From contig QPGO01000055.1 of assembly GCA_008632985.1 (NCBI GenBank), forward strand, positions 411,100 through 441,694: a stretch of DNA of 30,595 nt, in the 5' to 3' direction. This document shows positions 23,839 to 30,595 of this stretch, in pieces. The notes below the pieces were generated by a model. That model had not been told where the DNA came from. It saw only the letters and a program-made list of their open reading frames with translations, and ran no database searches. The position numbers were made by a program, and so were the translations under genes. The stretch comes from Psammoneis japonica (lineage: Eukaryota). How positions within the stretch are numbered: position 1 is the first letter of the stretch; each line of letters begins with the position of its first letter.

Positions 23839-23848
23839 GGTCTTTCAA

Positions 23849-24146
23849 TGTGTTTGTCTTCAACATCAAACAAACGGCCAAGTTTGTGGCACAATCATGC
23901 CTCTTGCCACTCAACATTTTTGCAAATGCACCTGCCCTGCACGATTCTTAAGACATTGTAGAATCGCGCTGCAACAAAAAATGTCAAAAGTTGTTGGATG
24001 GATCGCTCAACAAGTGCACCGTAAAATGACACAAAATGTCAAAAAAATCACGTAGAAATCTGCGTGTGCGACATGCGACGTGATTCAAAAAACTGTCGAT
24101 GTCACAGTTCAGCAGTGCGAGGTCCCACCTGGACCTGGAACGTGTC
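23849..24146 (-). mobile_element. MITE family A, truncated copy (duplicate)
   Basis: Copy of 17366-17663. Confidence 0.85.
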
Positions 24147-24316
24147 AAACATGTCGTTTGAAGGAAAACAAACATGTTGTTTCAAAGAAAACAAACGTGT
24201 CTTTTCAAGGAAAACAAACATGTCTTTTCAAGGAAGGAAAACAAATGCGTTGTTTCAAGGAAAACAAACATGTCTTTTTGACAAAAACAAACATGTCTTT
24301 TCAAGAAAAACAAACA
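24147..24316 (-). repeat. Satellite 2, inverted short array
   Basis: As 17664-17806 with ~27 extra bp. Confidence 0.9.
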
Positions 24317-25243
24317 ACTTGGAGCACGCCAAGAAAGCCTTGATGACAGTTGGCCGTTTTGGCATTTAACTCAGGCGAGCCATCCAGTTCAGGCCTGTTT
24401 CCCAAGCTCAAGGGCGTCGACGCATTTGTCGGAAGACACCTGTCAATTTGCTTGAGCTCCAACTCAACATCAGCCAATGCCCATTTGACTCAAAGGTCAG
24501 AGGACATGGCCCAGCGTGCCTTGCTTTCCAAGTCAGACAACTGGCACTTTCTGATCTGGGTGCCCAAGTGCTCCTCCGGCTCGCGAACACTTCTGTCCGT
24601 GAGCGTGCACCCAGTGCTCACTCAACCCATGATCTTGAAGTTGCGGACCCCTGCCTGGGCGTCACTCTGAGGGTGTTCTTGGCAGCCGTCAGACCAATGA
24701 TCCACCTCTTGGAGAGCATCTCTGGCGTGACAGTTGATGCACGACTCAAGGTCAACAGTGCATGCACCCCTTTCCACTTGGCACAATCCAGGTGGACGTC
24801 CAGATTGTTCCGTTCATGTGGCCGGTCTCCCCCAGTGTCATTGTGAGATGCGCTGGCCTGAGCAGCCAAGCAGCGATGCAGAGAATCGTCATCATTTGCA
24901 CCCACAATGACGCTCTCATTGTGATGGGATGTCTGACACGAACAAGCCGAAGCAATGCACCTGGTTGCACTCATCATTGTCACCCTGATTTTCAAGTCAA
25001 GGAAAACAACAGAGTGCGCGCTGTTGGGATCAAACTGGCGAGGGGTGTCGTGGACAGTTGGCTCACTTGCTCACAGTTGGCTGGGGCACAGCAGGGTGTC
25101 AGTCATTCTTTCCCTGAAAAAAACAGCCTCGTGGGCTGGCAGTGGGCGTGGCTGTCCATTGGCTGGATCAACCCACATGGCAGCAGCCGCGCAAATGGGG
25201 ACATTCCTCATTGGCGCACACTCTTCGGAGCAAGGATGCACTG
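24317..25243 (-). mobile_element. Ty1/copia deletion derivative (duplicate)
   Basis: Copy of 17807-18733 at offset 6510. Confidence 0.85.
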
Positions 25244-25244
25244 C

Positions 25245-25858
25245 AGCCCGAGACTTCAGGCAGTGTTGAAGAGAACGGGCACGCAGGCAGCGCATGGTGT
25301 GCTGAAACCAGAAGAGGAGAAGGTGGCTGGAAATGATCTCTTTCCACAGGTGAAGTTTCTCAGCCCGTCAGAATTGGCAAGCAATGGGAGCATCTCAATG
25401 TTTGTCAAGAAACAGATTGCTGGTGGCAACATGGACACTTCAAATTGGTCAGGAACTTGGGAGGAATGGGCAAAAAAGGTGGCAAAAAGGCAGGTTGACA
25501 ATCTCAGAAACACGGTGTGTTCGGCTGTTGGGGCGGAGGCAATGGCCCGCAAGTTGGGTGACCAATGTGTGTGACTCGAGAGTTGCGCGCATCTCACAAG
25601 AAGATGACAGTGATGCTTTGTCTGTGCAGGCGTTGTCACCAAGGAAGAGGGAAAGGAAAAAGAAAAGAAACTCAAGGCGGCAGTCAAGAGGAAAAAGCAA
25701 GGCAGGAAAAAGTCAAGCCATGACAAGAATGAAAAGAAAGACATCCCGATTGTGCCGACATGGGATCCGCCCAGCCCAGACACTGTGGCCGGCAGCAAAT
25801 GAAGGAACAAGCAGGCACGCAAGCGGTTCTGTGATCACACCCCTGTTTGCAAAAATTG
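25245..25858 (+). pseudogene. 5'-truncated copy of the unknown two-exon gene (duplicate)
   Basis: Copy of 18735-19347. Confidence 0.6.
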
Positions 25859-26104
25859 ACAAACCAAGGATTGTGCGGCAATGCAATCACAGATTGGCAC
25901 ATGGCAGCAAGGTGGAGGCAGAAATGGCGATGTGGACACAGTGAAAAATGGCACACATGATTCTCAACAAGTTGTTGTGACATTGGCACAGCAAACTTGC
26001 AACCAGTGGTTGGCCTGTCATTGTGCGACAACACTTTTTTGCAACATTTTGACAAATTGTCGTCATGCAAATCCACACATTTTTAACATTTCGTGCACTC
26101 TGAT

Positions 26105-26972
26105 GCGTGTGTTGTGCACAGCATCATCACACAGCATTTGTCCAACTCTCCCTCTCATTGCAGGATGGGTTGTTGCCATGTGGCGCATCTGCACAGTGGA
26201 CTTGCGAATTTGACCATGCACTCCCTCTGTCAGGCAGGATGGGTTGGTGCCATGTGGCGCATCCGGCCAAGGGAGGAGTGGGTTCAAAGCCCAGCCGCCC
26301 ACCCCGGATGGGGCTGGAAAGGGGCAGGCCGAGAAAGAAAAGGAGGCTTGGATTTGAGGCCAATTCGAGCCAGCGACCTCAGGAAGCACAAAGACTCACA
26401 ACCACTCAGAACGCTGCACACTGTCCTGGTGAGTGCAGGAGGTTCTCAACAACCCAAGAGGCAAAGAAGTTGCCACTCGGCTGGCTGTTGAGTCCCTTCT
26501 CCGCGCACACATTTGGGCGTGTGTTGTGCACAGCATCGTCACACAGCATTTGTCCAACTGTCCCTCTTGTTGCAGGGTGGGTTGTCACCATGTGGCGCAT
26601 CCGCACGGAGGACTCACGAATTTGGCCATGCACTCCCCATGTTGGGCAGGATGGGCCAGCGCCATGTGGCGCATCCGGCCAAGGGAGGAGCGGGCTCGAA
26701 GCCCAGCCGCCCACCCCGGATGGGGTTGGAAAGGGGCAGGCTGAGAAAGAAAAGGAGGCTTGGATTTGAGGCCAGTTCAAGCCAGCGACCTCAGGAAGCG
26801 CAAAGACTCACAACCACTCAGAGCACTGCACACTGTCCTGGCGAGTGCAGGAGGTTCTCAACAACCCAAGAGGCAAAGAAGTTGCCACTCAGCCAGCTGT
26901 TGAGCCCCTTCTCCGCACAAACATTCAGGCATGTGTTGTGCACAGCATCGTCACACAGCATTTGTCCAACTG
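26105..26972 (+). repeat. ~412-bp tandem repeat (duplicate)
   Basis: Copy of 19594-20460. Confidence 0.9.
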
Positions 26973-28697
26973 AACATGTTTGTTTTCCTTGAAATGACAC
27001 GTTTGTTTTCCTTGAAAAGACATGTTTGTTTTCCTTGAAAAGACATGCTTGTTTTCTTTGAAACGACATGTTTGTTTTCCTTGAAACGACATGTTTGTTT
27101 TCATTGAAAAGACATGTTTGATTTCCTTGAAACGACATGTTTGTTTTCCTTGAAACGACATGTTTGTTTTCCTTGAAAAGACACATTTGTTTTCCTTGAA
27201 ACAACATGTTTGTTTTCCTTGAAATGGTGTGTTTGTTTTCCTTGAAACAACATGTTTGTTTTCCTTGAAACGACATGTTTGTTTTCCTTGAAAAGACACA
27301 TTTGTTTTCTTTGAAACAACATGTTTGTTTTCCTTGAAATGGCACGCTTGTTTTCCTTGAAACGACATGTTTGTTTTCCTTGAAAACACACAATTGTTTT
27401 CCTTGAAACAACATGATTGTTTTCCTTGAAATGGCATGTTTGTTTTCTTTGAAATGACGTGCTCATTTTCCTTGAAACAACATGTTTGTTTTCCTTGAAA
27501 AGACGTGTTTGTTTTCCTTGAAACCACATGTTTGTTTTCCTTGAAACCACATGTTTGTTTTCCTTAAAATGACATGTTTGTTTTCCTTGAAACGACATGT
27601 TTGTTTTCATTAAAAAGACATGTTTGTTTTCTTTGAAACGAAATGTTTGTTTTCCTTGAAAAGACATGTTTGTTTTCCTTGAAAAGACATGTTTGTTTTC
27701 CTTGAAACGACATGTTTGTTTTCATTGAAAAGACATGTTTTATTTCCTTGAAACGACATGTTTGTTTTCCTTGAAACGACGTGTTTGTTTTCCTTGAAAA
27801 GACACATTTGTTTTCCTTGAAACAACATGTTTGTTTTCCTTGAAATGGCATGTTTGTTTTCCTTGAAACGACATGTTTGTTTTCCTTGAAACCACATGTT
27901 TGTTTTCCTTGAAATGACACATTTGTTTTCCTTGAAACGACATGTTTGTTTTCATTAAAAAGACACGCTTGTTTTCTTTGAAACGAAATGTTTGTTTTCC
28001 TTGAAGAGACATGTTTGTTTTCCTTGAAAAGACGTGTTTGTTTTCTTTGAAACCACACGTTTGTTTTCCTTGAAATGACATGTTTGTTGTCCTTGAAAAG
28101 ACATTTTTTTCTCCCTTGAAACGACATGTTTGTTTTCCTTGAAACAACATGTTTGTTTTCCTTGAAAAGACACGCCAGTTTTCAAGACATGTTTGTTTTC
28201 CTTGAAATGACATGTTTGTTTTCATTGAAAAGACATGTTTGTTTTCCCTGAACAGACGTGTTTGTTTTCCTTGAAACGACGCGATTGTTTTTTTTGAAAT
28301 GACACATTTGTTTTCCTTGAAAAGACATGTTTGTTTTCCTTGAAAAGACATGTTTGTTTTCTTTGAAATGACACATTTGTTTTCCTTGAAAAGACATGTT
28401 TGTTTTCCTTGAAACGACACGTTTGTTTTCCTTGAAAAGACATGTTTGTTTTCCTTGAAACGAAGTGTTTGTTTTCCTTGAAAAGACACGTTTGTTTTCC
28501 TTGAAACGACACACTTGTTTTCCCAGAAAAGACGTGGTTGTTTTCATTGAAACCACGTGTTTGTTTTCCTTGAAACGCCGCACTTGTTTTCCTTGAAAAG
28601 ACATTTTTTTCCCTTGAAGCGACACGCTTGTTTTCCTTGAAACGACACGTTTGTTTTCCTTGAAAAGACATGTTTGTTTTCAAGACATGTTTGTTTG
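26973..28697 (+). repeat. Satellite 2, longest array
   Basis: ~1.7 kb of 23-bp units. Confidence 0.97.
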
Positions 28698-28754
28698 ACC
28701 TTGACACTGAAGTCTTCTCTGCAGACAGGCCCAAGCCCCGCTCTGGCACTCAAC

Positions 28755-29040
28755 TCACCTTGCGCGTGCAAAAGCACCCTGATTTTCAAGTCAGGGAAAA
28801 CAACAGAGTGTGCGCTGTTGGGGTCAAACTGGCGAGGGGCGTCGTGGACAGTCAGCTCACTTGCTCACAGTTGGCTGGGGCACAGCAGGGTGTCAGTCAT
28901 TCTTTCCCTGAAAAACACAGCCTCGTGGGCTGGCAGTGGGCGTGGCTGTCCATTGGCTGGATCAACCCATGTGGCAGCAGCCACGCAAATGGGGACATTC
29001 CTTGTTGGCGCGCACTCTTCGGAGCAAGGATGCGCTGCAG
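28755..29040 (-). mobile_element. Ty1/copia protease-region fragment
   Basis: HPCSEECAP...WVDPANGQP...HEAVFF...TLLCPSQL; homologous to ~18470-18733 and ~22250-22510. Confidence 0.8.
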
Positions 29041-29161
29041 CAGCGTGGTTGCTGACAACAATTTGTTCAATGTTGTGGAGAAAAATGGAGTGGCTGGCTG
29101 TCTCAACATGACCCAAATGACAGCTGCGCTGTCGAGCAGCAATGCTCCTCTCATTGTTGCT

Positions 29162-29420
29162 GGCCTGTTCCAGCTCCAGGTGCTCTGCTTTTCATCACGC
29201 GAGAGGCCCATTTTCTGCGCAGTTCAGTGCAATTGACTCCTTCAATTTTGATCGTTTCGAAAATCAAAAGGTGAGTGCACACCCGAAAATGCACGCAAAG
29301 TGCACACTCACCCTTTGATTTGGCAAAAAACGGATTTGGAAAAGTCAATTGCGCCAAATGCACAAATTTCCAAATGGCGGGAATCGAACCCGCGCGGAGC
29401 ACCTGGAGCTGGAACAGGCC
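29162..29420. mobile_element. MITE family B (259 bp)
   Basis: Perfect 24-bp TIR GGCCTGTTCCAGCTCCAGGTGCTC (29162-29185, 29397-29420); TGCT on both sides. Confidence 0.88.
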
Positions 29421-29438
29421 TGCTGTGAAAAGATCAAG

Positions 29439-30094
29439 ATGTCGTCTCCAGCACCACCGGCAAAGAAGAGAAAGAAAAATGAGGCTGTTGAGCCAATGAG
29501 CCTGAGACTTCAGGCAGTGTTGAAGAGAATGGGCGTGCAGGCAGCACGTGGTGCGCTGAAGCCAGAAGTGGAGAAGGTGGCTGGAAGTGATCTCTTTTCA
29601 CAGGTGAAGTTTCTCAGTCCATCAGAATTGGCAAGCAGTGGGAGCGCCTCAATGTTTGTCAAGAAACAGATTGCTGGCGGCAATGTGGACACTTCAAATT
29701 GGTCAGGAACTTGGGAGGAATGGGCAAAAGAGGCGGCAAAAAGGCAAGTTGACAATCTCAGAAACATGGTGTGCTCGGATGTTGGGGCGGAGGCAATGGC
29801 CCGCAAGTTGGGTGACCAATGTGTGTGACTCGAGAGTTGCGCGCATCTCGCAAGAAGATGATGGTGATGCTTTGTCTGCACAGGCGTTGTCGCCAAGGAA
29901 GAGGGAAAGGAAAAAGAAAAGAAACTCAAGGCGGCAGTCAAGAGGAAAAAGCAGGAAAAAGTCAAGCCGTGACAAGAGCGAAAAGAAAGACGTCCCGATT
30001 GTGCCGACATGGGACCCGCTTGGCCCAGACACTGTCGCTGGCAGCAAACGAAGGAACAAGCAGGCACGCAAGTGGTTCTGTGATCACACCCCTG
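29439..30094 (+). pseudogene. Unknown two-exon gene with N-terminal basic NLS-like motif, truncated by the telomere-like array
   Basis: ATG 29439 MSSPAPPAKKRKK...LFSQVKFL...WEEWAKE...LRN; intron 29803-29883 (GCAAGT...CAG) splices in frame to RVVAKEEGKEKEKK; frameshift near 29950 relative to the other copies. Confidence 0.6.
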
Positions 30095-30595
30095 GGGGGG
30101 TCAGGGTTGGGGTCAGGGTTGGGGCCAGGGTTGGGGTCAGGGTCAGGGTCAGGGTTGGGGCCAGGGGTCAGGGTTGGGGGTTGGGGTTGGGGCCAGGGTT
30201 GGGTTGGGTTGGGGTTGGGGTCAGGGTTGGGGTGGTTGGGGCTGGGGTTGGGGCCAGGGTTGGGGCCAGGGTTGGGGCTGGGTTGGGGCCAGGGGTTGGG
30301 GTTGGGGTTGGGGGTGGGGTCAGGGTTGGGGTTCAGGGTCAGGGTCAGGGTTGGGGTTGGGTTGGGGTTGGGGTTTGGGGCCAGGGCCAGGGTTGGGGTT
30401 GGGGTTTGGGGTTGGGGTTGGGGCCAGGGTTGGGGTTGGGGTTGGGGTTGGGGTTGGGGTTGGGGTTGGGGTGGGGTTGGGGTCAGGGTCAGGGTTGGGG
30501 TTGGGGGTTGGGGTCAGGGTTGGGGTCAGGGTTGGGGTCAGGGTTGGGGTTGGGGTCAGGGTGGGGTTGGGGATTGGGTTGGGGGTTGGGGTCAG
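30095..30595 (+). repeat. Degenerate telomere-type hexamer array (GGGTTG / GGGTCA / GGGCCA)
   Basis: G-rich strand runs 5'->3' toward the window end; ~6-bp period; no GGGTTA unit. Confidence 0.88.

Larger units (their letters stand above)
23333..26979 (+). repeat. Segmental duplication, copy 2
   Basis: Near-identical to 16850-20467. Confidence 0.95.

Noticed and set aside
3462..28697. CRISPR-like arrays
   Set aside because: Units are contiguous with no unique spacers, no cas genes, and the context is eukaryotic.
15542..28749. FQGKQTC/KENKHV repeat ORFs
   Set aside because: Translations of the 23-bp satellite in rotating frames.
29374..29396. tRNA gene (minus-strand GCGGGTTCGATTCCCGC)
   Set aside because: An isolated T-arm-like hairpin inside MITE B next to its TIR; no cloverleaf.
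1..30595. Classical RIP or CpG deamination as the cause of the bias
   Set aside because: RIP raises TpA and deamination cannot remove it; here TpA is lost, CpG persists and Tyr becomes His/Cys.
1..30595. Alternative genetic code or codon avoidance
   Set aside because: The depletion is frame-independent and covers non-coding satellites and the telomere-type array.

Overview
Eukaryotic subtelomeric heterochromatin, most likely from a diatom (inference from CoDi-type Ty1/copia, a diatom-type RNase H-bearing LINE and short spliceosomal introns). I found no intact host gene. The window is a mosaic of a PIF/Harbinger-like DDE transposase relic with one intron, two satellites (17/20-bp and 23-bp units), two related MITE families with 4-bp target duplications, copia and LINE fragments, a ~3.6-kb segmental duplication and a degenerate telomere-type G-rich array at the right end. 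The dominant signal is near-complete erasure of the TpA dinucleotide: by manual scan about 40 TA in the ~28 kb after position 2200. Former TA sites read CA, TG or CG. Conserved Tyr codons have become His or Cys in unrelated transposons, a GTAAGT donor appears as GCAAGT, TAA/TAG stops are almost gone (hence the huge spurious ORFs), and TTAGGG appears only as TCAGGG/TTGGGG/CCAGGG. This looks like a repeat-directed A:T-to-G:C hypermutation system, the mirror image of fungal RIP. The mechanism is inferred, not shown; all counts and protein family calls were made by eye.
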